From the sequence record PZ452612.1: a stretch of 64,000 nucleotides of DNA; one strand, written 5' to 3'. Source of the stretch: a phage. The position numbers were made by a program, and so were the translations under genes. This document shows, piece after piece, positions 9,980-18,615 of this stretch. The notes under the pieces are model-generated. The model saw only the letters and a program-made list of their open reading frames with translations, did no database searches and was not told where the DNA came from. Positions within the stretch are counted from its first letter, which is position 1, and every line of letters starts with the position of its first letter.

Positions 9980-11668
9980 TTATGAAACAGTCATTACAGT
10001 AAATCGTCCAACTTTGCTCATTTGAAGATGTTGTCCATAACGTTGAGGGTCATGGTCTCTATGAGAAATAATGAACACGTTAGTATTTTGTAAACTTCCA
10101 AGAATGGTATCTATAGCCTTAACAGCCTCAGAATCTACAGCGCCGTCAAAAACTTCGTCAAGAATAAGAGTGTTGATTTTAACACCAGAGACCTTTTCAG
10201 CAATATCTCGCCATGTAAACAACAATGCGATATCGATACGTGCCTTTTCACCTTGACTAAATGAAGCATAACTAAAATCTTCACGACCACGTGATTTTAT
10301 AGATTCATTGAATTCTTCATCAATAGAAAACACGTAATCGGCTTCCATGATTTTAAGATAATGGTTAATCTGCTTGTTGAACAGAGGCACATATTTTTTA
10401 ATGATAGCACCTTTAATACCAGAATCTTTTAACATATCTGTGATAATACCACGATGGTATTTTTCAAGAACGATATCCGATTTTGTTTTAATGATTTTAT
10501 CAAGTTCTTTTTGAAGCAAAGCTATCTCATCGGCATGGTCGATAAATTCCGCCGAGGCTTGTTCTATTGCAGCTTTAACTTTCTTAGCTTTATCAATAGT
10601 GGCAATCATTGCTTGTTTCTTGGTACGAATATCAGATGCAAGGTCCTGCTTAGTCTTAACATTAGCTCTATATTCGTCCACTAGGACACTCAGATTATCT
10701 CTGTGGCAGGTAAGTTGCTCGAATGAGTGATTACATTCATGAAGCTTATCGGTAATCTTAGAGACAATAGGGTCACCCTGGTGCAACTGTGATGCGCAAG
10801 TAGGACATGTACCGCCATCATGATACATCTTAATAACTTTGTTATATGAGTCAATTTTAGATTTAATCAAGAATGCTTCTTGTCCTATCTTGTTGAATGC
10901 CTCAGTAGGGTCTTCGTCAAGAACGATATTAAGTAGACGCTCGTTAGCTTCTTCGATTTCTGCTTTTAATGACCGAGCTTCTTTGGCTAGGTCGTCGTAC
11001 ATATTCTGTAGACGCGCTACATTATCACCAGATAATTTCTTTTGACGTTCGATGTTCTCATTATAAATCTTAATTTGTTGGATAATACCATCTTTCTTGG
11101 CATCGAGAACTTGTCCCTGGGAATTAAGTTCTCGAACTTGAGACTTATTGATTTTATCCATTTCAGCGAGTGTGCCAACTTCTAATAAGTCTTCAACAAG
11201 CTTTCTGCGAGCAGGGGTGCTAAGAGCCATGAAAGGGGTATACCCTGCCGTCCCAAGCACAACGATTTGTTTAAAAGACGCGTATGACATTCCGATGCTA
11301 CGTTCAAATTCTTCTTGGAAGTCACGACTGCTGGCAGATTCATCAAGACGAACACCGTCAACGGAGATTTCGAAAATATTGGGCTTTTGGCCACGTTTAA
11401 TGAAGTATTTTTTACCATCGAATTCCATCCAAAGCTCAACTAAGAGCTCTTTCTTGTTCGTGCTATTAATGATTTGTCCTTTCTTAACATCACGAAATGG
11501 TTTACCGAAAAGTCCGAAAGTGATGGCTTCTAACATCGTAGATTTACCACCGCCGTTTTTACCAGTGATTAATGTCTTTTGGACTTTATCTAATTGGATA
11601 TCAATAGGATTCCCACCTACCGACATGATGTTTTGATAACGAACACGATTTAATTTAAATGATTTCAT
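9980..11668 (-). CDS. 46: Recombination endonuclease subunit gp46 (Rad50/SbcC-like ATPase)
   Basis: 562 aa; Walker A GKNGGGKST, central coiled coil, CPTC zinc hook-like motif, C-terminal ILDEVFDGAVD. Confidence 0.95.
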   Translation of the reverse strand: MKSFKLNRVRYQNIMSVGGNPIDIQLDKVQKTLITGKNGGGKSTMLEAITFGLFGKPFRDVKKGQIINSTNKKELLVELWMEFDGKKYFIKRGQKPNIFEISVDGVRLDESASSRDFQEEFERSIGMSYASFKQIVVLGTAGYTPFMALSTPARRKLVEDLLEVGTLAEMDKINKSQVRELNSQGQVLDAKKDGIIQQIKIYNENIERQKKLSGDNVARLQNMYDDLAKEARSLKAEIEEANERLLNIVLDEDPTEAFNKIGQEAFLIKSKIDSYNKVIKMYHDGGTCPTCASQLHQGDPIVSKITDKLHECNHSFEQLTCHRDNLSVLVDEYRANVKTKQDLASDIRTKKQAMIATIDKAKKVKAAIEQASAEFIDHADEIALLQKELDKIIKTKSDIVLEKYHRGIITDMLKDSGIKGAIIKKYVPLFNKQINHYLKIMEADYVFSIDEEFNESIKSRGREDFSYASFSQGEKARIDIALLFTWRDIAEKVSGVKINTLILDEVFDGAVDSEAVKAIDTILGSLQNTNVFIISHRDHDPQRYGQHLQMSKVGRFTVMTVS

Positions 11669-11913
11669 ATGTATTCTCTTCGAATGAAGTCCTCTACATA
11701 TTTTAACATGTCATCTCTATCAGCAAAATACTCATCTAGTTCTGCATACATAACAACACCCGGTGCGTACTCACAGGTAACATACATTGTTCCAAAGAAA
11801 CGAGGAGTTGTCTCCTCATAATTCTCAGTCCATTCAACGATACCAATATAACCGTCACCAATACTAAATTCGTGACGATGGATTTCATAGTCAGTCTTCG
11901 TCATTATACGCAT
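11665..11913 (-). CDS. Hypothetical protein (46.1-like position)
   Basis: 82-aa ORF overlapping the gp46 start; synteny. Confidence 0.55.
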   Translation of the reverse strand: MRIMTKTDYEIHRHEFSIGDGYIGIVEWTENYEETTPRFFGTMYVTCEYAPGVVMYAELDEYFADRDDMLKYVEDFIRREYI

Positions 11914-12148
11914 CCTCGATACATGCTTCAGCCATTTTAAGAATAGAGCCAGGAGTATCGTTGTCCATTATATTAAAGCTAAATTCAATAGCCCAGTCGG
12001 TACAGACATGAACGGCTTTAACTTCATTGCCTTCAACGCGTAATGGCTCAATCCAATACTTGATAGTGTTCTCGAATCCATCATCATCTTTAACGTCTAT
12101 TTCAACTTCAAGCCCAAGCCCGGCATTGTTAAATTCATCTAAAGTCAT
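11891..12148 (-). CDS. Hypothetical acidic protein (46.2-like position)
   Basis: 85-aa ORF between 46.1-like and 47. Confidence 0.55.
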   Translation of the reverse strand: MTLDEFNNAGLGLEVEIDVKDDDGFENTIKYWIEPLRVEGNEVKAVHVCTDWAIEFSFNIMDNDTPGSILKMAEACIEDAYNDED

Positions 12149-13164
12149 TGTGTTGCCTCAATATAAAGTTCGTTAGAATATTTGACCAGCGCTTCTCTGT
12201 CTTCGTCTGAGATATCTGGAATCGCGTCAATATATTCTTTAATGATATCTTGAAGTGATTTAATCTCGATTTCCTGGTCGTCATCAGATTCAACACTGTT
12301 ATCAACTTTAGAAACCATACGAAGAGAGTGAACTACTTTTTCAAGTTCAGATTCAAACTTAGTCAACTCTGAATCAATTTCTGATACTATAACACGTACG
12401 GCTAGATTAGTATAATCAGAATAATTGATTTTGCCTTTAAACGGATAAGTGATTCTTCGATGCCATGTTGTTTCATTAGGAATAAATTCCATACGTTCAA
12501 CATCAGTGTCAAATACCCAGAATCCACGCGGGTCGTTCTCATCACCTGCAGTAAGGGTCCACGGTGTTCCAATATATTTGACGTTAGCAGCTTCAGAGAT
12601 TGTGTGGAAGTGGCCTGACCAGACTTGTTTATAAGTCTTTAAGAAATCAGGTTCAAGCCCATGAGACTTCATCCCTTTATAGAAATAAAAGCCGTTCAGT
12701 TCCCAGTGCCCAACACAATACGCAGCAGAAGAAGTCTTGATGTGCTCTAAGATTTCACCTGTATTTTCTTCACACATCCATGGAACGATATCAATCAGAC
12801 ATCCGTCAAAATCTACAGTAGTCGGATGCTCATAAATAGTAAAGTTTTCAAATTGAGTTAACAATTCAGAAACAGTGTTAGGTGTTATTGTATTCTTAAA
12901 CGCCATGTCATGGTTTCCTATCGTGACATGAACGTGAATGCCTGCTTTAGAAATCATATCAACGATTTCACGATTGAATTCCATTGTACGATGTGTTATT
13001 GCTTTACGGACGTCAAACCAATCACCGTACTGAATCCAAGTTTTAATCCCGTGTTTCTTAGAGTATTCAATTGCTTGTCGAATACCATCACGTTGAATAT
13101 CTTGAACCCATGGGTCGTCTTGTTTGACTCCGATATGGAAGTCGCCTAAGTGCAAAATTTTCAT
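12145..13164 (-). CDS. 47: Recombination endonuclease subunit gp47 (Mre11/SbcD-like phosphoesterase)
   Basis: 339 aa; calcineurin-like motifs HLGDFH, GDWFD, GNHD, GHWE. Confidence 0.95.
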   Translation of the reverse strand: MKILHLGDFHIGVKQDDPWVQDIQRDGIRQAIEYSKKHGIKTWIQYGDWFDVRKAITHRTMEFNREIVDMISKAGIHVHVTIGNHDMAFKNTITPNTVSELLTQFENFTIYEHPTTVDFDGCLIDIVPWMCEENTGEILEHIKTSSAAYCVGHWELNGFYFYKGMKSHGLEPDFLKTYKQVWSGHFHTISEAANVKYIGTPWTLTAGDENDPRGFWVFDTDVERMEFIPNETTWHRRITYPFKGKINYSDYTNLAVRVIVSEIDSELTKFESELEKVVHSLRMVSKVDNSVESDDDQEIEIKSLQDIIKEYIDAIPDISDEDREALVKYSNELYIEATQ

Positions 13165-13208
13165 ATTATTTCCTCATTAGTTAATTCATTTTATCATCCG
13201 TTTATAAA

Positions 13209-13235
13209 GCAAAAAAGGAACTCCGAAGAGTTCCT
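13209..13235 (-). terminator. Rho-independent terminator (minus strand), UUCG tetraloop plus U6
   Basis: Stem AGGAACTC/GAGTTCCT around cgaa; minus strand reads hairpin followed by TTTTTTGC; lies between a small ORF and gene 47. Confidence 0.6.
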
Positions 13236-13407
13236 ATCCACATAGTACACCGTACAGAGGCTCATTTGAACTTTTAAATCGAATTGGCTTGTACGTAATA
13301 GTTCCTTCGGCTTTAGCTTTATCATAAGACTCTTTAAAACGTCTCATTCTTTCTGCTTTGCCTTTACGGATTTTATCGAAATTTTCAGAAGTCGGGATGT
13401 TCGTCAT
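13234..13407 (-). CDS. Candidate small basic protein (57 aa), not in ORF track
   Basis: ATG at 13407 preceded by GAGAGGTG SD-like; MTNIPTSENFDKIRKGKAERMRRFKESYDKAKAEGTITYKPIRFKSSNEPLYGVLCG; stop inside terminator stem. Occupies the T4 alpha-gt region. Confidence 0.35.
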   Translation of the reverse strand: MTNIPTSENFDKIRKGKAERMRRFKESYDKAKAEGTITYKPIRFKSSNEPLYGVLCG

Positions 13408-13446
13408 GCATAAGCACCTCTCAGAAAATGCCTAAATCAATTTCTC

Positions 13447-13653
13447 TCATCGTTTCCACCATTTCTTAACTTGAAATGAATCGGCCCACACGAGTTGTTT
13501 TGGGTCTGCCTTTACAATAGGCGGACAAATTTCTGTAATAGAACCGTCGTGATATTCCTTTTCAGAAATTTTAACACAAAGAGGACCTCCCAATTTAAGG
13601 GTGAACCCTGCGTTCAGCTTCAGACGTTTAAACTTTGTTTGAACTAGCGCCAT
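13447..13653 (-). CDS. Hypothetical small protein
   Basis: Track ORF 13447..13668 trimmed to second ATG; start uncertain. Confidence 0.4.
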   Translation of the reverse strand: MALVQTKFKRLKLNAGFTLKLGGPLCVKISEKEYHDGSITEICPPIVKADPKQLVWADSFQVKKWWKR

Positions 13654-13951
13654 TAATGATGTCCTCAATAGCCTGACGAGTAGTAACCCACTGGATTTTA
13701 ATTAACTTGTCATTGTATGGTTGTCGTAGAATATCCCGAGATTTCTTAATAGCATATTCGTAAGCTTCGAAGTTGTTTTGAATTGCTGCTTCTTGAGCAT
13801 GAGCATAAAGACGGTTTAGTTCAAAACGATTCTTTTTAAGAATCTTTTCGGATTTTTTACGTGCTTCAGCTTCATTTTTCTTTTGGATTTCTTGTAGCAT
13901 TTTAGCTACTGCATCTTCTGCTTCTTTATTTTCAATAATCTCGGTAGTCAT
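13628..13951 (-). CDS. Hypothetical protein (107 aa, Lys/Glu-rich)
   Basis: ORF track; located between 47 and 55 where T4 has alpha-gt. Confidence 0.5.
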   Translation of the reverse strand: MTTEIIENKEAEDAVAKMLQEIQKKNEAEARKKSEKILKKNRFELNRLYAHAQEAAIQNNFEAYEYAIKKSRDILRQPYNDKLIKIQWVTTRQAIEDIINGASSNKV

Positions 13952-13952
13952 A

Positions 13953-14168
13953 TTATCTCATTAAATTAAAATAAAAACGTCCATCCTCTTCAATACAGAA
14001 CTCATACTCAACTGGAGTCCCATTTATCGAAAATGACACGTCATGTGGGTTCAAAGGGTCGATGTCAAAATTAATTTTAAATTCACGACCCAACAGTTTT
14101 ACCAAATAAGGGATTGCTTCGTCAAAAGGTTCTTCTAAGTAGTTAGAGATGTCAATTGTCATCCTCAT
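13953..14168 (-). CDS. Hypothetical small protein downstream of gene 55
   Basis: Track ORF 13953..14246 overlapped gp55 by ~95 nt; trimmed to internal ATG just after the gp55 stop. Confidence 0.4.
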   Translation of the reverse strand: MRMTIDISNYLEEPFDEAIPYLVKLLGREFKINFDIDPLNPHDVSFSINGTPVEYEFCIEEDGRFYFNLMR

Positions 14169-14709
14169 ATAAAAAATCCAAACTAGGCGAATCGCTAACA
14201 ACTTCCTTCTTTTCAGCCCCAGGAGCTTTATAAGCGGATTCTTCATAATGCGTCATTTTATCGTAGATGTCTTGAATAAACGTTTCATCTACTAACGCTA
14301 CCATATCATCGTCATGACTGTCGTAGACATTATGAACGAAGTAACTATATTTCTTTGCAACTTCCTTACGTTCTTTTTTGATACGTTGGACAAAAGCATT
14401 AAAACAAGCTCGAGTTATGTATGCATGTGGGTTATTGTACTTAGTTTCGTCGAAATTATGAAGTCCCTTAATAGAGGCTTCAATCCCATCTGCAATCATC
14501 TCCTGCTTCCAAGACTGGGTATATCCTGAAAAGTTGAAACGTTTGGACAGGCCTTCGGCGATAAGCATAATTGCTAAACCGATGGTATCATTCTGACGAA
14601 TAATTTTGTTTGGGTCTTTATTATTTAAGAGCTCCTTTTTCCACTCGATTATAGCGGCGAGAAGCTCTTTATTATTCACATAGTTATTTTTAGGTTTTTG
14701 TTCAGTCAT
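14152..14709 (-). CDS. 55: Late-transcription sigma factor gp55
   Basis: 185 aa from internal ATG ([35 protein letters not shown]...); T4 gp55-like. Confidence 0.95.
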   Translation of the reverse strand: MTEQKPKNNYVNNKELLAAIIEWKKELLNNKDPNKIIRQNDTIGLAIMLIAEGLSKRFNFSGYTQSWKQEMIADGIEASIKGLHNFDETKYNNPHAYITRACFNAFVQRIKKERKEVAKKYSYFVHNVYDSHDDDMVALVDETFIQDIYDKMTHYEESAYKAPGAEKKEVVSDSPSLDFLYEDDN

Positions 14710-14781
14710 AAGTACCTCTTGGCTCAATTCATAGGTCTATTATATCATAATATTTAGAGACCTATCTTAAAGCACGAGATA

Positions 14782-15051
14782 CTATCGGAGCAAACAATAA
14801 GCCTGAAACACTTTTTCCATTAAACGTTTGAACTCATGGATATCGATATAAAGCTCAGTAAGACCTGCATTATAAAGAAAATCTAAAAAGTTCTCATGTG
14901 TTTCGTTATAGTCGCCTTCGTTTAATTGAGATACATGAGTTTCCCAAAAACCAACACCTTTAACGAATGGAAAATACGTGACTTTCATGTATTCGTCAAC
15001 ATAAAATTCGCCCAGCTTTTCTTCAGTTATACTGATTCGAGTTAATTTCAT
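14782..15051 (-). CDS. Hypothetical protein
   Basis: 89-aa ORF in the 55-nrdH small-gene cluster. Confidence 0.5.
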   Translation of the reverse strand: MKLTRISITEEKLGEFYVDEYMKVTYFPFVKGVGFWETHVSQLNEGDYNETHENFLDFLYNAGLTELYIDIHEFKRLMEKVFQAYCLLR

Positions 15052-15275
15052 TCTAGTTCCTTTGCTGCTTCAAGAGCAGCATCCAGCGAATCAAATTGGT
15101 CAACGAAATCAATATTCAACGCATCGTCAACCGTAGCATATAACCACCATTGTTTGAATTCGTATTCAAGAATAAATCCAGGACCTTCAATCTGAGGAAG
15201 ACCTAGGCTATTTGTACCAACTTCGTAACCAGCTAGACGCAGGTCATTAATCAAAGTTTCTGTTAATACGCTCAT
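15048..15275 (-). CDS. Hypothetical protein
   Basis: 75-aa ORF, 4-nt overlap with neighbours. Confidence 0.5.
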   Translation of the reverse strand: MSVLTETLINDLRLAGYEVGTNSLGLPQIEGPGFILEYEFKQWWLYATVDDALNIDFVDQFDSLDAALEAAKELE

Positions 15276-15604
15276 TTTGCCGCCTTAACAATTTTCAGGT
15301 CAACGAATTTTTTCTTACGTTGATTTTTCATACGACGGATAGTCTTTTCAGAGATTTCATGTTTCTGATAAGCTTTAGATTCAACACCAAATGCAGCAAC
15401 GTCAAATTCAGAAAGAATATATTGTACTAGAATTTCACGAATAGAATTACGTCCAATTTTCTGGTCGTGTTTTTGCATGATTTCATAAAGACGGAATTCC
15501 CACGCATCAAGAACTTGAGGAGTAACAATATTGCCAGATTCCAGAAGAGCAACAACTTTATCGAAAGCGAAAGAATTAACTACGTTTTTGATTTTAGTAG
15601 ACAT
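15272..15604 (-). CDS. Hypothetical protein
   Basis: Track ORF 15272..15643 trimmed: its first ATG is part of the TATAATG promoter element; internal ATG (MSTKIKNVV...) has SD GAGGAAAA. Confidence 0.5.
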   Translation of the reverse strand: MSTKIKNVVNSFAFDKVVALLESGNIVTPQVLDAWEFRLYEIMQKHDQKIGRNSIREILVQYILSEFDVAAFGVESKAYQKHEISEKTIRRMKNQRKKKFVDLKIVKAAK

Positions 15605-15641
15605 ATTATTTTCCTCGGTTATTTTATTATCCAACGAGGGC

Positions 15642-15670
15642 ATTATACTCTGCTCTCAAGAGTCTGTACA
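15642..15670 (-). promoter_or_regulatory. Early (sigma70-type) promoter: TGTACA-17 nt-TATAAT on minus strand
   Basis: Minus strand reads TGTACAGACTCTTGAGAGCAGAGTATAAT about 37 nt upstream of the ATG at 15604. Confidence 0.5.
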
Positions 15671-15910
15671 CTATTTTTTAAGCATGAAAAGCAAGTAATT
15701 TGTATCGCGTGGGCTGATATCGACACCCATATCAAAGATACCTTTATATATTGGGTATTTGTTTTCGGTTGTATCGAAGCTGAAACTATTTCCATCACAA
15801 CTAACAGTAATAGCATCTGTTAAAATGTCATACTCAATCCTAACAATTGAATCCCCAATTTTAACGTCGAGGTGTTTTTTGAATTTGATAAAATCTAATT
15901 CTTGGGCCAT
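15671..15910 (-). CDS. Hypothetical protein
   Basis: 79-aa ORF. Confidence 0.5.
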   Translation of the reverse strand: MAQELDFIKFKKHLDVKIGDSIVRIEYDILTDAITVSCDGNSFSFDTTENKYPIYKGIFDMGVDISPRDTNYLLFMLKK

Positions 15911-15973
15911 GATATTTTCCTCATTTTAAGACGATAGGAAGTCATGTTATTATCTTCCTATCGTTGTATATTA

Positions 15974-16174
15974 TTAACCGAACTTTTTAGCGCCTTTCCA
16001 GCCTTCGTACATAACTGCGCAAGTCAATAGCACGGCATGTTGGCATTCTTTGTATTTGTAAATCCAGAACCAGCGTAAAAAGTCTTCATCCTCAACACCG
16101 TTGAGTTTCATATTGGCAAAGAATTCGGCACGTTCTTCACGAAGTTGCCATGACACAATATTTTCAGGATTCAT
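15974..16174 (-). CDS. Hypothetical protein
   Basis: Track ORF trimmed to internal ATG (MNPENIVSWQL...) that overlaps the upstream stop (ATGA). Confidence 0.45.
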   Translation of the reverse strand: MNPENIVSWQLREERAEFFANMKLNGVEDEDFLRWFWIYKYKECQHAVLLTCAVMYEGWKGAKKFG

Positions 16175-16305
16175 TTTGTGTTCCACGCCCCATTTTCATC
16201 GATGAACTTAATCCAGTCATTTACAGACCATTTAGTTGTATCACCCTTTGGATTAACATTTAAAGTATATAATCCCTGCTTAAAAAGCATTCGTTTGATA
16301 TTCAT
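16171..16305 (-). CDS. Hypothetical small protein (44 aa)
   Basis: Track ORF 16171..16398 trimmed to internal ATG after the upstream stop; weak. Confidence 0.3.
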   Translation of the reverse strand: MNIKRMLFKQGLYTLNVNPKGDTTKWSVNDWIKFIDENGAWNTK

Positions 16306-16312
16306 AATTTCC

Positions 16313-16606
16313 TCAACTGTAACGATAACATTCGTTAGCTTTACGTTTGGCTTCAGTATGAGAAGTATTATAATCATACTCTTCTTTACTGTAAACATCT
16401 TTTTTCAACTTACGAACTTCTTTGCGGAGTTGTCGATTCATTTCGTTCTTGACTTCAGAATCAACGCCTTTCATACGCTTCCATTTATCAGAGCGGAATA
16501 TGTTTTCAACCATGTCTTTGTGGCTAACACCGTCAGGAGCTTTACGTTTACCAAAATAGTCATAATCGCGAACTTTCAAATCTTTACGACGATACGTTTT
16601 ACCCAT
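16313..16606 (-). CDS. Hypothetical highly basic protein
   Basis: 97 aa from internal ATG; Lys/Arg-rich (MGKTYRRKDLKVRDYDYFGKRK...). Confidence 0.5.
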   Translation of the reverse strand: MGKTYRRKDLKVRDYDYFGKRKAPDGVSHKDMVENIFRSDKWKRMKGVDSEVKNEMNRQLRKEVRKLKKDVYSKEEYDYNTSHTEAKRKANECYRYS

Positions 16607-16613
16607 AAGTACC

Positions 16614-16862
16614 TCAGAGGTTGATTGATACAACGCGTTTGATAAAATTCACTTCACTTACTGAAAGGTCTTTAAGACCGATTGATTCTAAACGCTGAGT
16701 AAGCGTCAACATCGGGATATAATCCCAATGAGTTTTATTTGCTTGATAAGTACGAACGCCATTAGCAATTTCAACATGCAAATCGGAAATGGTAACGAAT
16801 ACCGGACGTTCGTCATTAACTTTAAGGGTTAGAACAACTTTCTTTGAATCTAAACTAATCAT
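16614..16862 (-). CDS. Hypothetical protein
   Basis: 82-aa ORF. Confidence 0.5.
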   Translation of the reverse strand: MISLDSKKVVLTLKVNDERPVFVTISDLHVEIANGVRTYQANKTHWDYIPMLTLTQRLESIGLKDLSVSEVNFIKRVVSINL

Positions 16863-17080
16863 GACTTAATTTCCTTCGCAATTGAACAGAAGATACCACG
16901 GTCACAAAGCATTTCACCAATTTCTGGATATTTGATTGAACGGTACCAAACATCCAGGCTTGAAACTCTGGTTATCTGTACTGCATTACCGTTGACAGAA
17001 TAGTACTGGTCAACCTTAATTTCTTTATCTTCAATTGTCATTTTATTTTCCTCTGTGGTAGATGGTGTTAATCTTAACAT
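16859..17080 (-). CDS. Hypothetical protein
   Basis: 73-aa ORF; GTTTAC...TAAGAT promoter-like element upstream at ~17085-17102. Confidence 0.5.
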   Translation of the reverse strand: MLRLTPSTTEENKMTIEDKEIKVDQYYSVNGNAVQITRVSSLDVWYRSIKYPEIGEMLCDRGIFCSIAKEIKS

Positions 17081-17191
17081 ATCTATCGAGGATGTAAACT
17101 GGTTTTATGAAAATATTTTTGATTTGAGAGGGGCACAAGGAGATAGTGAAGTGAAGATTCCAATGGATTATATTAGAAATGAGATAAAGAA

Positions 17192-17210
17192 GACCAGGCG
17201 GCACCTGGTC
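17192..17210 (-). terminator. Terminator-like hairpin overlapping nrdH-like stop
   Basis: GACCAGG-cggca-CCTGGTC 7-bp stem; minus strand is followed by a T-rich run (TTCTTTATCTCATTTC). Confidence 0.45.
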
Positions 17211-17532
17211 AATCTTCTATGATATCAGAGTCGTATCCTAATGAAATCAAGGACTTTTTAAACTCTGCAATATTCTTTTGTTTCTTATCATTTAAAAATA
17301 TGACAGGATAACGAATATTAAGTGAAGTGAATCCTGCACGTTTAGCAAGAGATACGATTAAAGGTCGGTCATATTCAATCTTACCATTATTAGTGAGGAC
17401 TTTATAAAATGTATAAGGAGCATTGAGCTCCTTTAAAAGTTTTGTAACAGTATAACATCCTGGACAACGTCCTACTTCTTCAGGGATGCCATAAATTTCA
17501 ATCTTGTTCTTTAAGTTCGAGTTTTGTTCCAC
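17209..17532 (-). CDS. nrdH: Glutaredoxin/NrdH-like redoxin
   Basis: CPGC active-site motif in KIEIYGIPEEVGRCPGCYTVTKLL; position upstream of nrdG; proposed GTG start at 17532 with SD AAGGAA; the track N-terminal extension is out-of-frame overlap. Confidence 0.55.
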   Translation of the reverse strand: MEQNSNLKNKIEIYGIPEEVGRCPGCYTVTKLLKELNAPYTFYKVLTNNGKIEYDRPLIVSLAKRAGFTSLNIRYPVIFLNDKKQKNIAEFKKSLISLGYDSDIIED

Positions 17533-17815
17533 GAGAAATAATTCCTTGGTAAGCCCAATAAGGAGGATTAACAGAATCCTCGCCAGAGTTTTCTTCAGGA
17601 AAATAAACCTGGATAACAAATCCAGATGCATCAAAGGTAAAATAAACCGTAGGCAGTTCACCTAACAATTCGGCACGAGCATTAATTTCTTCGAGATCTC
17701 GTTCACGTCCAGCCCAAAAACTAGGATTTAGATTACATTCGTAAAAATAATAGTCATTACCGAACATATCAAACCCCTTCCAACTCTCTACCACATACCG
17801 CTCAAAACTAATCAT
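17498..17815 (-). CDS. Hypothetical protein
   Basis: 105-aa ORF upstream of nrdH-like. Confidence 0.5.
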   Translation of the reverse strand: MISFERYVVESWKGFDMFGNDYYFYECNLNPSFWAGRERDLEEINARAELLGELPTVYFTFDASGFVIQVYFPEENSGEDSVNPPYWAYQGIISRGTKLELKEQD

Positions 17816-17817
17816 AA

Positions 17818-18033
17818 TTAAGCCTTTTTATCAAGAACAGAATTCAGTTTATTAGTAATTTTGTCCAAACGTTCATTGAATTCGCTGGAGGATAAACCCT
17901 TTTCCGGAGAAATTAAACTAATCACGAAAAATACACCAGTAAAAGGAATAAGAAAAATAGCTCCAACTGCCATAAACAAAAAGAACGTTACAGTTGTAAG
18001 AAAATCAGCTAAACCTTTACGAAATTTATACAT
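17818..18033 (-). CDS. Small membrane protein (predicted TM helix)
   Basis: 71 aa; hydrophobic stretch TVTFFLFMAVGAIFLIPFTGVFFVISLI. Confidence 0.5.
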   Translation of the reverse strand: MYKFRKGLADFLTTVTFFLFMAVGAIFLIPFTGVFFVISLISPEKGLSSSEFNERLDKITNKLNSVLDKKA

Positions 18034-18144
18034 ATTTACCCTTAATTAATTAACCAAGCATTGATAAGCAAACCATATTGCGAATAAAATTCTGGACCAA
18101 AATGAAAAATCATATCATTTATAGTATCCATAATGTAGTTCAAT

Positions 18145-18615
18145 TTAATCATGTTTCCACACCCCATTGGTATTCGACCAAAGTCGCTGATTATCTGATC
18201 CTCGCCACAGTTTTTTGGTCGGAAGATTTTTCTCATACTTCCCATCAATAATAACATCAACATATTTAAGCATTTCTAGTTGTTTAATATCTTCAAACTT
18301 ATATCCTGTCCACAACCAAATGCTTTTATTGGGATAAATATTTTTTACTGTTTGAACAATGCAATGAACAACATCTCTATTATCAGGATAGAGAGGGTCG
18401 CCTCCGGTTATAGTCAATCCTTCTATATAATCATTATTCAAACATTCAATTAATTGTTCTAGTGTCTCTCCAGTGAATGGAGCACCATTTCTAGCGTTCC
18501 ATGTTGATTTATTATAACACCCTTCACATTTATGCAAACAACCTGTAACGAAAAGAACGACCCTGCAACCAGGGCCATTCACAAAATCGCAAGGATAAAA
18601 TCTATCATAATTCAT
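18145..18615 (-). CDS. nrdG: Anaerobic ribonucleotide reductase activating protein NrdG (radical SAM)
   Basis: 156 aa; Cys cluster GCLHKCEGCYNK; immediately downstream of nrdD. Confidence 0.9.
   Translation of the reverse strand: MNYDRFYPCDFVNGPGCRVVLFVTGCLHKCEGCYNKSTWNARNGAPFTGETLEQLIECLNNDYIEGLTITGGDPLYPDNRDVVHCIVQTVKNIYPNKSIWLWTGYKFEDIKQLEMLKYVDVIIDGKYEKNLPTKKLWRGSDNQRLWSNTNGVWKHD

Noticed and set aside
14169-14246. First 26 codons of track ORF 13953..14246 overlapping gene 55
   Set aside because: Overlaps the conserved gp55 C-terminus by ~95 nt; an internal ATG just after the gp55 stop is the more plausible start.
17533-17661. N-terminal extension of the nrdH-like track ORF (17209..17661)
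   Set aside because: The extension overlaps the upstream 105-aa ORF in another frame and reads as low-complexity hydrophobic sequence; a GTG start with SD at 17532 fits the glutaredoxin core better.
18042-18263. 73-aa minus-strand ORF overlapping the 3' part of nrdG
   Set aside because: Out-of-frame overlap with the conserved NrdG radical-SAM protein; likely spurious.
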